Shown: positions 1 to 9,626 of the stretch, piece by piece | Layout of the letters: every line of letters starts with the position of its first letter | Position numbering within the stretch: position 1 is the first letter of the stretch | From: Octopus sinensis | Taxonomy: Eukaryota | Reading direction: 5' to 3' | Assembly (NCBI RefSeq): GCF_006345805.1 | Contig: NW_021826950.1 | Location: forward strand, 1 to 11,544 | DNA length: 11,544 bases | Notes under the pieces: model-generated | What the model was told of the DNA's origin: nothing | Seen by the model: the letters and a program-made list of their open reading frames with translations, nothing else | The model's database searches: none | Made by a program: the position numbers and the translations under genes

Positions 1-628
1 TAGAATTTTAGACACAAGAATAACAGGCGTCATAACAATTGCGAAATTATAAACACATGGCGTTATTGTTCTGTTTCGGCTGAATAAAAAGCGAGTAAAA
101 TTATAATATCTAAATTGGAGCATATTAGCTGTTTGAACAATATATGAGGTCGACATACTTTTAGCATCTCCTGCTGCTTGAAATAGAATATTTTGAAATT
201 TACGGTCGATATGGCAATTATTATCATTAATATAGTTAAAAGAACGATATTTTTAAGAATGGAGATGCGAGGGTGATGCTGTGCAATATTTGTTGTGGAA
301 TAGAATATGAGATTTTAATGTAATTGTTCAATATTTCGTAATAATTGGGTTATAAAAGGAGAATAGTTAATAAGTGTGTAATCACACAGACAAACCCACA
401 GACGCGACACACCCACAAACGCCCATACACAAACATACATATATTTGCGATTTTAAAAAACTCTTCAGAAGCTCTCTTGATACGGTCACAGAATTTTGTG
501 AAAGGATTTTCTTAAATCAAAACTTGATTATATTATTAAAAAAATTGAATTATCATTTTTATATTTGGCGACAGTCATTTTGGGCCAAATACATAAATAT
601 AATTTATATAATTAATAATTATCAAAGT

Positions 629-879
629 GTGGAGGCGCGTGGCTTAATGGTTAGAGTGTCAGATTCATGATCGTAAGATTGTGGTTTCGATTTCTGGACC
701 GAGCGACGCGCTGTGTTCTTGAGCAAAGCACTTCATTTCACGTTGCTCCAGTCCACTCAGCTGGCAAAAATGAGTAACGCTGCGATGGACTGGCGTCCCA
801 TCCAGCTGGGGAACACATACGTCATTGAAACCGGGAAACCAGGCCCATGAACATGGCTAGGCTTTAAAAGGGCGCATTT
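629..879 (+). mobile_element. tRNA-derived SINE, head H1 (CORE-like central domain) + tail X; left monomer of a heterodimer
   Basis: Starts GTGGAGGCG. Has Pol III A-box-like TGGCTTAATGG and B-box-like GGTTTCGATTTC. The segment TGTGTTCTTGAGCAAAGCACTTCATTTCACGTTGCTCCAGTCCACTCAGCTG resembles the CORE domain and recurs at ~4070-4120 (+) and ~2160-2210 (-). Tail 771-878 is repeated at 1076-1185. Confidence 0.88.
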
Positions 880-1203
880 GTGGAGGCGTAATGGCCCAGT
901 GGTTAGGGCAGCGGACTCGTGGTCATAGGATGGCTGTTTCAATTCCCAGACCGGGTGTTGTGTGTGTTTATTAAGCAAAATCACCTAAAGCTCTACGAGG
1001 CTCCGGCAGGGGGTGGAGGCGACCTCTGTTGTACTCTTTCGCCCCAACTTTCTTTCACTCTCTCTTCTTGTTTCTTGAGTAACGCTGCGATGGACTGGTA
1101 TCCTGTCCAACTTGGGAGAACACAATACTCCATAGAAACCGAGAAATCGGGCACATGAGCCTAGCTAGGTTTGAAAAAAGCGCCTAAAAAATAAATAAAA
1201 ATA
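880..1203 (+). mobile_element. tRNA-derived SINE, head H2 + tail X + A-rich end; right monomer of the heterodimer
   Basis: GTGGAGGCG start, A box TGGCCCAGTGG, degenerate B box. 880-1075 aligns with 7716-7905 and 1076-1185 aligns with 771-878. A-rich tail at 1186-1203. Near-perfect 15-bp flanking repeat AATAATTAT(C/T)AAAGT at 614-628 and 1204-1218. Possibly one of the octopus OR1/OR2 families (not verified). Confidence 0.88.
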
Positions 1204-1810
1204 AATAATTATTAAAGTAAATCCCTTTACGCAATACTCCGACTGTAACAAGAAAGCTAACTATCAAAATACATGTGTCTACATAAGTGTTTGGCGTGGA
1301 TACACAAATAGGAACGAGTAACTTAAAACGAAACAACCACTCGATATTAAAGGGAGATTTCCATTGCATTTCGGGAAGTCGATATTTACTAAAATTTCCA
1401 CCTTTCCGATAATCTGACAGCAGATGGGTTTTGAAAGAAAAAAATCCGATATTTCATACGTATAGGAAGAACTGTACAATAAACTGATTGCCTGGAGGAT
1501 AATAGTTGAAAAGAAAAGTAAATAAATATGAGATAATAAAACAGAAACAGTTATGAACAGTAAAGATTAAAAATTAAGCATAGTTATAGCGAGATGTTTG
1601 GAAGGAAGATAAAGTTTGCTCGCTCGTATTCAATGCTTATCAATTTTAATTAGACGTGAAACTTAAATGGAAAATTATATGAATACGAAATTAAGTATCA
1701 CAGCCGATGTATGCACACGAATGTGCATATTCATTCCTACGTGAAATGGTAGAATCTAATGAATAAAATTTTCTCAGACACACAATTTTCTATTGACATC
1801 ACTTTACAGA

Positions 1811-1930
1811 CACATGACTTCGTGTTCAGTTCCAATACGCGTCAAATTTGGTAAGTGTCCTCTAATATAATTCCAGACCAATCAACGTAATTAAATCTGG
1901 TGGACGGAGATTCTATAGAAGCCGATATAG
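1811..1930 (+). mobile_element. Highly decayed SINE fragment (family D)
   Basis: B-box-like GTGTTCAGTTCC. Shares the motifs ACCAATCAA and GACGGA..CT..AGAA, in the same order, with 9331-9475. Confidence 0.45.
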
Positions 1931-1949
1931 GAATTTATACATATTCAAG

Positions 1950-2254
1950 AAAAAAAAAGGGTGACCCCCTTCCGTCAGGAATGACCATGGGATTGCATCT
2001 AGAAAGTTACTCTTCGAGCCACAGGTCTGGGCAAGGTTTTTTATGGAAGACCAGCCGTGCCCATGCATAACAGCTGCCCCCTCCACGCCACCGATGTTAT
2101 TCAAGCGAAAGGCAAAAGTCGATACAGCTTGGCACTAGTGATGTCGCAACTCATTTCTACAGCTGAGTGAACTGAGGCAACGAGAAATAGTGTCTTGCTC
2201 AAGAACACAACACACAGCGCGGTCCAGGAATCAAACTCATAACCTCACGATCGC
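1950..2254 (-). mobile_element. 5'-truncated SINE, head H1 + tail Z
   Basis: Minus strand reads GATCGTGAGGTTATGAGTTTGATTCCTGGACC...TGTGTTCTTGAGCAAGACACTATTTCTCGTTGCCTCAGTTCACTCAGCTGTAGAAATGAGT, which aligns with 669-775. An unrelated ~190-bp tail follows, ending GAAGGGGGTCACCC plus a T-run. The A-box region is missing. Confidence 0.82.
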
Positions 2255-3370
2255 AGGTCTCATCAGAGCCCTGACATGTTCCATATAGCGGATACAGATG
2301 TAAAATAATGAGTGAAATTACGTTACCCCTGTAGGGTTTTACTCATTTATTTATATGTAAATATTATGCTCCATTCATATGGATTTTGTTGCACATGGAA
2401 GTTATGCTCATTGTTTGCAATTGTTTTGCTCATTTTGATATATCTAATATGGCATTCCAAGACAGAGAGAAGTGCTACGATCACTTCTTCGGAGCAATGG
2501 AGTTGCCTGAATCTCCGTCAGATAGCTAATAAGGTTGTATAAGTTAACTATATGTATATTTAAACAAAAATAACGTCACGCTTTACGCAGCTTGAAACAG
2601 CAACATACCTGCAACGTAATAAATTTCACGAACCACATTCATATTTCTTCATTATGTTTTATAAGCCACCATATTTTATCGGCCCCAAACCTCCATTCTC
2701 AAACAATACGGAGTGAGTAGCCATTGGTTGCAAAAGATCATATCATATTCTGTATTATAGTTGAACTGTTTTTTTAAAGGTTATTATCGCCTCAATAGTT
2801 TCCAAATTATTGGTTTCTAAACATGAGAGAATTATCTTGTATCCATTGAACATTTCAGGCGGTTTCAACGAACTGACTAAGAGAATTATAAAATATTTTA
2901 TCAGCGCAGCAAGTCCATTAACGTTATAAAATTAATTAAACGGATTGTAATAATTAGATGCTCTATTGTCACTTGCCTTTGTGCTGATATTTATATTGCA
3001 ATTCCAATCAAATCTGTGCATAATAATTTTGATACATTAATACTGAAAAGGGAAAACAGAGAGTTGGTTAATTGCTTTGAGGTGTTTGGCTACTCTGAAG
3101 TGTTTTTGGACATGTTGATGAAAGTCCTGTGAAGAATACTGCCTCTAATCCTTCTTTAATTAACAAAAAAGATCTAACATTTGTTTTCCAATGTTCCTAT
3201 ATGAGTTATATTGGGAAGCATCACGATATAGTCGGGACTCGCACATTAAGTATCAATTACTACCAAAATTAACGAATAGCCGTATGATATCATCAATCAA
3301 ATTTACTATGCCGTTAACTGTGTTGTTACGTATGTCTGTGTTAGGCAGCAAGCTGACAAAATCGTCAGCT

Positions 3371-3865
3371 CCATCCATCCATCAACCTTTTCCGACCACT
3401 ATTTTGGAGAAGATCTTGGGTGTAAAATCAAGTACCTCTTCAATATGGTCCTATAAGAATCAACCTTCATTAGAAGTTCCGGTTGGATTCCCAAGCGTGA
3501 CCAGCTGGACTATAAATATTACCAACTATGTCGTTCTTCAATTTCATTCCTTGGTCTCTTGCCAGTCGGCTCGGCTTGAACAATCCGTCTTGCAATTCTT
3601 TCCTGCGAATTCTAATCACATGTCTGTAGTACCGGAGCAGTAACCCCTTAATGCGGAGAAGTAGCAGATCGACTTGCTGAGAATCCCTGATATTAGAGCT
3701 ATGGACCCTGTTGAGTAACATTACTCCAGGAATCCTTCGGAGTATCCTCATTTCAGTGGCTTGTATTCACGATTCTACTCTTTCGGTCATTACACACAAT
3801 TCGTGATCGTGGGTGGCGATAGGCACGAAAACCCATTTGAAGATAGCGTGATTGGCTTCTCTTTT
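3371..3865 (-). mobile_element. Dead 3' fragment of an RTE-clade LINE (Rex3/Expander-like), C-terminal RT region + (GATG)n tail
   Basis: Minus-strand translation AIFKWVFVPIATHDHELCVMTERVES*IQATEMRILRRIPGVMLLNRVHSSNIRDSQQVDLLLLRIKGLLLRYYRHVIR matches the RTE/Rex3 C-terminal pattern (..VPTLTYGHELWVMTER..SRIQAAEM.FLRR..G....DRVRSS.IR....VEPLLLRIE..QLRW.GH). Contains a stop and frameshifts. Ends in GATGGATGGATGG (3371-3383). Explains ORF 3470..3751(-). Confidence 0.88.
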
Positions 3866-3987
3866 TTTTATCACCCTCTTCTTTCCTGAGATCCGAATGC
3901 TTCTCAAATGTCAGGCCTTGTACCTATATAAGAAACTCTTAGGTATTTCACAATTATGAATGATTTTATAAATCATACATCTTAAAT

Positions 3988-4290
3988 GTGGAGGCGTGTG
4001 GCTTAGTTGTTAAGGTGTTGCCCTCATCATTGAAAGATCGTAGGGTCGATTCCCGGGCCGGGCGGCGTGTTGTGTTCTTGAGCAAAATACTTTATTTCAC
4101 GTTGCTCCAGTCCTCTCAACTGATAACGGATAACCCTGCAAAGGAATAGCCTTCCAATGAAGGGGAATGTTGACCAGCTCACCTAGACAGTGGCGTGTTA
4201 CCATTCGAAGGCTTGAAAATTGCGAAGCGCATTGTGACCAGCGATGTACAACAACATTTGGTTGTACCGTCAATTCCGTCATGCTGTGGC
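3988..4290 (+). mobile_element. tRNA-derived SINE, head H1 + short X-like piece + tail Y (older copy)
   Basis: GTGGAGGCGTGTGGCTTAGTTG start, B box GGGTCGATTCCC, and the CORE-like segment seen at 629-775. 4131-4166 resembles the start of tail X. 4172-4255 (..CGAAGCGCATTGTGACCAG.GATGT..) aligns with 7907-7990. The 3' end is approximate. Confidence 0.82.
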
Positions 4291-4401
4291 ATATTAGATA
4301 TTTACAAACCTTTGACACTTCACAACCAATTCGATAGTGTTCCTTTACTGCAGTAAATTACCATGATTTTAAACAAATCAGAATATAAGCACTATATATT
4401 T

Positions 4402-4784
4402 CGCCGGGCGAAATGCGTAGCCGCATTACGTCTGCCGCTACGTTCTGAGTTCAAATTCCGCCGAGATCGATTTTGCCTTTCATCCTTTCATTCTAAATTA
4501 AGTACCAGTTACGCACTGGGGTCGATATAATTGACTTAATTCGTTTGTGTATCCTTGTTTCTCCTCTCTATGTTTAGTCCCTTGTGGGTAGTAAAGAAAT
4601 AGGCATTTCGTCTGCTGTTAGTTCTGAGTTCAAATTCCGCCGAGGTCGACTTTGCCTTTCATCCTTTCGGGGTCGATAAATTAAAAACCAGTTACGCACT
4701 GGGATCAATATAATCGACTTAACCCCTTTGTCTGTCCTTGTTTGTCTCCTCTATGTCTAGCCCCTTGTGGACAATAATGAAATA
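4402..4784 (+). mobile_element. Family C tRNA-derived SINE (Meta-domain-like), dimeric, 5'-truncated
   Basis: Two ~190-bp tandem units with a junction at ~4602 and B box GAGTTCAAATTCC. Aligns with 5589-5975. TSD AGAATATAAGCA at 4380-4391 and 4785-4796, extendable by ATATATT with a 2-bp indel. Confidence 0.9.
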
Positions 4785-5558
4785 AGAATATAAGCAATAT
4801 ATTAAGAATGGGCGATTACGGGTGTTGCTTCATTTTCTGAGCCATTAAATATAAAGATGTATTTAATAATCTCTTACGTAAAGGTATAATCGTAAGCTAC
4901 TTCGGTTTGCAAAACTCAATTTAGTAATATCGCTAACAATGTAATTATTTCATCACGAATCGCGATATAAAATTTCAAGCTGACTCGTATAAAATATTAA
5001 CTATTTACACGACACAAGAAGCCCTGAAATCAACACCGTAAATTTACGCATTTCCATCAAATCGAAGACTTTCATCTTCGCCGAACGCCAAATTTAATGA
5101 CTGGACTTATACGAGGCTTTTGTGATAAATATTCATAAAACTGTTGCTTGTCCGACCTATGAGCGTTGAACATATTTAACTGAATTCAAACAAAAGATTT
5201 CATAGAATTTCACAAAGAAAAAGATGTAACAAGCTAATTATACTGGAATGATTTTCCTTGCAATCTATAATTTATGGCAGAATTAATTCTGCTGGAATGG
5301 TTTTCAATGCAGCTATGCAATTTATATTTGTTATCCCTCGTCAACACTTAGACATTTTATTTTTATTTTACTTCTTATAATTGGCGAACAGATTATTTAT
5401 TTTGTTGTAGAATATTTCCATAGTTTCCAAAACATACTTCATCGTTTTCGTCTCAGCTGATGTCTCATTTATTCCATTCTCTAGAATTCGATCCCTTAGA
5501 GTTTTGGTTAATATTCTCGTATGTCGTGTAGGCGCAATGTATCATTAAAGCAAGAACA

Positions 5559-5982
5559 AAAGGCGGTGAGCTAGCAGAGTCGTTAGCACGCCGGGCGAAA
5601 TGCTGAGCAGTATTTTGTCTGCCGTTACGTTCTGAGTTCAAATTCCGTCGAGGTCGACTTTGCTTTCATCCTTTCGGGGTCGATAAATTAAGTACTAGTT
5701 ACGCACTGGGGTCGATGTAATCGACTTAATCCGTGTGTCTGTCCTTGTTTGTCCCCTCTGTGTTTAGACCCCTTGTGGGCAGCAAAGAAATAGGTATTTC
5801 GTCTGCCGCTACGTTCTGACTTCACATTCCGCCGAGGTCGACTTTGCCTTTCATCCTTTCGGGGTCAATTAAATAAGTACCAGTTACGCACTGGGATCGA
5901 TACAATCGACTTAATCCGTTTGTCTGTCCTTGTTTGTCCTCTCTGTGTTTAGCCCCATGTGGGTAGTAAAAAAATAATAAAA
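5559..5982 (+). mobile_element. Family C SINE, full-length dimeric copy with 13-bp TSD
   Basis: Head GGCGGTGAGCTAGCAGAGTCGTTAGCACGCCGGGCGAAATG and B box GAGTTCAAATTCC. Central GTCGACTTTGCCTTTCATCCTTTCGGGGTCGATAAATTAAGTACCAG resembles the Meta domain (Sauria SINE-type core; from recall). Second unit starts ~5793. A-rich tail. Exact TSD TAAAGCAAGAACA at 5546-5558 and 5983-5995. Confidence 0.93.
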
Positions 5983-7056
5983 TAAAGCAAGAACATGAAG
6001 ATTATTTGCAATAACTACTTAAGAAATTTTATTTGCTATGGTGAGCACTCCATTTCTAGTTGCGAGGACAAGTAGATTACAGGAACATTTGAGATTCAAG
6101 CTTTAAAACTATTTCCTGCCTATCTCAGAGGGGCAAACCTGGTATTCTAGAGACCCTCATCAACAAACTGAGACCAGCCATAAAAACAGAACGTGTTTGT
6201 AATATCTTTTCGTAACCTGTTGCTTACATTTCTGCGTTTCGTTCTCTAATCAATGTTTACAATACTATATTTAAATCCGTGATTGAATTGAAACAATACT
6301 ATTTCACTATTTTATATATAATCACATCTAGATAAGAAAAATAAGATTAATCATGACAATGAGAAAGAAGAGTTATGAAAAATGTTAAAATACTCTACTT
6401 CAAATCTGACATAACTATTACATTTGTCGCAAATGCTAAGACGTAGGGTATCACCTGAAAATAGAGAATTAACTACGAAACAAAGAACAATGGAAAACTT
6501 AGACGAACAGGTATGAAACATGATCGAACCACTGTTTTCTGCCTTTATGCAGAAAACAGCGAATATTAAAAAAAAAAGAAGGATAAATTAACAGGACCGG
6601 GGAGAAAATACAATAGAAGTTTTTTTTATAGAATTACAAAACTATATTAAAAAGAATCTTCGGAATATTCTTTTAAAACAATGACACGATGTTATTACAT
6701 TATCAATACCTTAGACGTTTCAACAGGTAGAAAAATAAATTACCCTATTCGGTGATGGTTAAGAAGCTGAGAACACAGATACGAGATTGAAAATGTTTCA
6801 TTAGAATACATAATCAAGAAGTATTCGCCCGCTTAGAAAAGTGCTTGAGAAGCAGTGTACGATTTGTAATTACAGAATAGCTGGATATTGGTTACAGACA
6901 TTTAATGATATTATCTAAGGATATGATATTTATGTCAGATTTCAGGCAGCGTATTTTAAACATAACTGTTCTTTTCTTTCCGATAGTCAAACTAAGTTAT
7001 CGCTGCATTTTATTATCTTCATCATCATCATCAACCAGTTTTTAAAATCCGATTTC

Positions 7057-7287
7057 TATTTCTTTACTATCCAAAAGCGGCTAAACACAGAGAGGACAAA
7101 CAAGGACAGACACACGGATTAAGTCGATTATATCGACTCCAGTGTGTAACTGGTACTTATTTAATCGATCCCGAAAGGATTAAAGGCAAAGTCTACCTCG
7201 GCGGAATTTGAACCCAGAACGTAACGGCAGACGAAATACGGCTACGCATTTCGCCCGGCGTGCTAATGTTTCTGCCAGATCACCGCC
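7057..7287 (-). mobile_element. Family C SINE, full-length monomer
   Basis: Reverse complement aligns end to end with 5562-5792. Degenerate flanking repeat TTAAAATCCGATTTC (7042-7056) / TTAAATCTAATTTC (7288-7301). Confidence 0.92.
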
Positions 7288-7429
7288 TTAAATCTAATTT
7301 CGTCGCCGTTATTGGGGGTGGCAGGATCTACCTCAATGCCATAGCAATCGAGATAGGCTCACCTCAACCTTTCTGCTGGCTGGTACTCATTCTCTTTTTC
7401 TATCACAAGTTTCTTTTTTTTTTTTTTTG

Positions 7430-7477
7430 AGCTGGATTTTCTACGGGGAGCATGCCTTTGCTTACACCCAACCTCAG
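7430..7477 (-). repeat. Possible old retroposon 3'-region remnant
   Basis: TTTCTACGGGGAGCATGCCTTTGCTTACACCCAACC resembles the antisense of a widespread GGTTGGCGTTAGGAAGGGCATCCAGCCGTAGAAA SINE/LINE-tail motif. This is from recall only, with no second copy in the window. Confidence 0.3.
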
Positions 7478-7715
7478 TTTCTAGACATGAGTAGTCCCGA
7501 GACCAAGGCCTCTACCACGATTTTCAAGAAATGTTGTGGAAAACTAGCTCAGGAAAGTAGGGGCGATAATCCCTGAGACCTCTTTCAGAGCCACCCTACC
7601 TAGCATGGATGGAAAAATAAAATGTCGGCATCTGGTTTTGGGAATCGATATAAAAAACGAAGCATCAAATTAGCATTTAGCGTGCGTCATTATACTCAGA
7701 CATATACAAAGAAAT

Positions 7716-8024
7716 GTGGAGGTGCAATGGTCTAGTGGTTAGGGCAGCGGGCACGCGGTCGTATGATCGCGGTTTCGATTCCCAGACCTGGCGTTGTGAG
7801 TGTTTATTGAGCGAAAACACCTAAAGCTCCACGAGCCTCCGGCAGGGTTGGGGCAATCCCTGCTGTACTCTTTCGCCACAACTTTCTCTCACTCTTTCTT
7901 CTGTTTGCCAGCTCGCTTAGTCAGCTGGGTGGCGTCATTTGAAGGCTAAAACAGTTCGAAGCGCATTGTGACCAGTGATGTGTAGCAACCTCTGATAGCC
8001 TGGTCGGACACGCTGATCACGGTG
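7716..8024 (+). mobile_element. tRNA-derived SINE, head H2 + tail Y, full-length with 14-bp TSD
   Basis: A box TGGTCTAGTGG and B box GGTTTCGATTCCC. 7716-7905 aligns with 880-1075 and 7907-7990 aligns with 4172-4255. Exact TSD ATATACAAAGAAAT at 7702-7715 and 8025-8038. Confidence 0.93.
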
Positions 8025-8050
8025 ATATACAAAGAAATAATAAATGAGAC

Positions 8051-8180
8051 TGGTTTCAAACTTTTTCACAAGGCCAGCAATTTTGTGTGAGTGTGTATGT
8101 CAATGTTATTGACGCCAGTGTTCAACTGGTACTTATTTTATCGACTCCGAAATAATGAATGGCAAAGTTGACTTCGGCGG
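8051..8180 (-). mobile_element. 5'-truncated family C-related SINE with alternative tail
   Basis: Minus strand CCGCCGAAGTCAACTTTGCCATTCATTATTTCGGAGTCGATAAAATAAGTACCAGTTGAACACTGG matches the family C core. It ends AAATTGCTGGCCTTGTGAAAAAGTTTGAAACCA instead of the TTAATCC..TGTCTGTCC tail. Confidence 0.78.
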
Positions 8181-8784
8181 CACAACTGGTATATGATATT
8201 AATTGACATGACACAAATGCTATTTAAAATCACATATACGACATTTCAAACTGAAAAATACATTTCATGATAGCAATCTGTGTATCATTATCTTAATGAG
8301 GATACATCACGGAAAGCCAAATTAACTGCGGTATTCGTCCGGAAATGTTAAATCTTGTAGATGCACCGTGTTAAATAACGCCAAAAAACTATATCAGCAG
8401 AAAAAATCGTCCTGCAGCGGTGGTGGTATTCCTAGATGTGCGTTTGGCCTTACCACAGTTAATTATATTTTCTTTTGAAGTATTTCCACCAACTATGATA
8501 CACAGATTACTATTTTAAACTAAAACTCCTTTGCTGCACAAACTAAATATTTCATGATATTTGAATTATGATAAAAAGCGAAGTAGAAATCACTCATTAA
8601 TGCTTAAGCAAAAATGCTGTACTCAGTATTGAACATTAATATATTAACGGTGTATATATGGAATCAACTTAAGTTAGCTGATTCTATATTTGTGATAAGC
8701 AATTATAAAGATATGCCTCTACGTTGTTAATAGGTTCATGGATTATATTATGCAATATATATCTAACTCTGACATGAAAGAAAT

Positions 8785-8795
8785 TATATATATAT

Positions 8796-8827
<32 letters not shown>
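8785..8827. repeat. Compound dinucleotide microsatellite (TA)n(CA)n(TA)n
   Basis: Directly visible. Confidence 0.95.
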
Positions 8828-9330
8828 TCCATTTTGCTTTAGAACTAACAGATTCTGGCCACCAGCAAACATGTACACCAATAGAAATATCTAAATTTAC
8901 AGTGAACAAGATAAGATGGTGGCTAGATGCATCTGAAAACTGCTAGAATCCTCTTCCAAATGTCACTTGCATTGGTCGTAAGCTTGTGAAAAAGAACGCC
9001 ATATTTGATAATCTCGTCCAAGGCATATTATCCCTGACAACAGCAATGGTGGGGAACGCAAGACCGCCTTTGCTCATATGTCTCCGAGATCAGTAATAAT
9101 CCAATATTTAACAGCAACGAAAGTAACAATGCAAGACCTTACAGTTGAAGTATTATATAATCTTTAAATGTTGCTAAATCCCTGAAGCATTTAACTATAT
9201 TATATTAAGATATAAGATATCCCGATGTAGATCCTGCGTAGTAAACATTTAGGCAAAATAATGAAATTAAAGAAAGTCATGTAAATATATTCAGAAATAT
9301 AGAACAGGTGATACCGATAATATATGCTCA

Positions 9331-9475
9331 AGCGTGGCTGTGTGGTGAGAAGTTTGCTTTCCAACCATCATGTTCGCTCTTATTGCGTGGCACCTTGGAC
9401 AACTGTTTTCTGTTATAGCCTCGAACCAATCAAAGTGGACTTGACGGAAACTAAAAGAATCCTGTCGTGTATATA
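9331..9475 (+). mobile_element. Decayed tRNA-derived SINE (family D)
   Basis: A-box-like TGGCTGTGTGG and CORE-like GTGGCACCTTGGACAACTGT. Ends GACGGAAACTAAAAGAATCCTGTCGTGTATATA. Weakly similar to 1811-1930. Confidence 0.65.
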
Positions 9476-9579
9476 AAAATCCACGTACTGTTGCCGACGC
9501 TTCGATTTACTGTCGTTAAGGTTTTATCTGTCTCCTACCTTTCGACTTGTCTGGCCTGGTACAGTCTTGCTTGAAGATT

Positions 9580-9595
9580 TCGTCGTCTTCTTCTT

Positions 9596-9626
<31 letters not shown>

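Noticed and set aside
629-960. tRNA genes suggested by A/B boxes (also at 3988, 5562, 7716, 9697)
   Set aside because: No clean cloverleaf. Each continues into a repeated body and tail, several with TSDs, so these are SINE heads.
2312-2542. 76-aa ORF with a hydrophobic stretch resembling a signal anchor
   Set aside because: GTG start, T-rich composition explains the hydrophobicity, and there is no recognisable family or supported downstream exon.
3191-3643. Longest ORF (150 aa, +)
   Set aside because: Mostly the antisense frame of the RTE fragment and crosses a SINE-head/LINE-tail junction. No recognisable domain.
4402-5982. CRISPR-like or satellite array from the recurring ~190-bp units
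   Set aside because: Units are too long, there are no unique spacers or cas genes, and dimeric SINEs explain them.
6350-6470. Good minus-strand splice acceptor TTCTCTATTTTCAG|G at ~6455 with a possible exon
   Set aside because: All frames are short and unrecognisable and there is no convincing partner exon. Needs RNA-seq.
7970-8005. Box C/D snoRNA-like TGATG...CTGA within a GACCAG/CTGGTC stem
   Set aside because: Far too short and box C is imperfect. It lies in SINE tail Y and is more likely the retroposon 3' stem-loop.
8930-9120. Possible very old interspersed repeat ending in an AAC-rich tract
   Set aside because: Only vague similarity to repeats I recall, with no second copy or diagnostic motif in the window.
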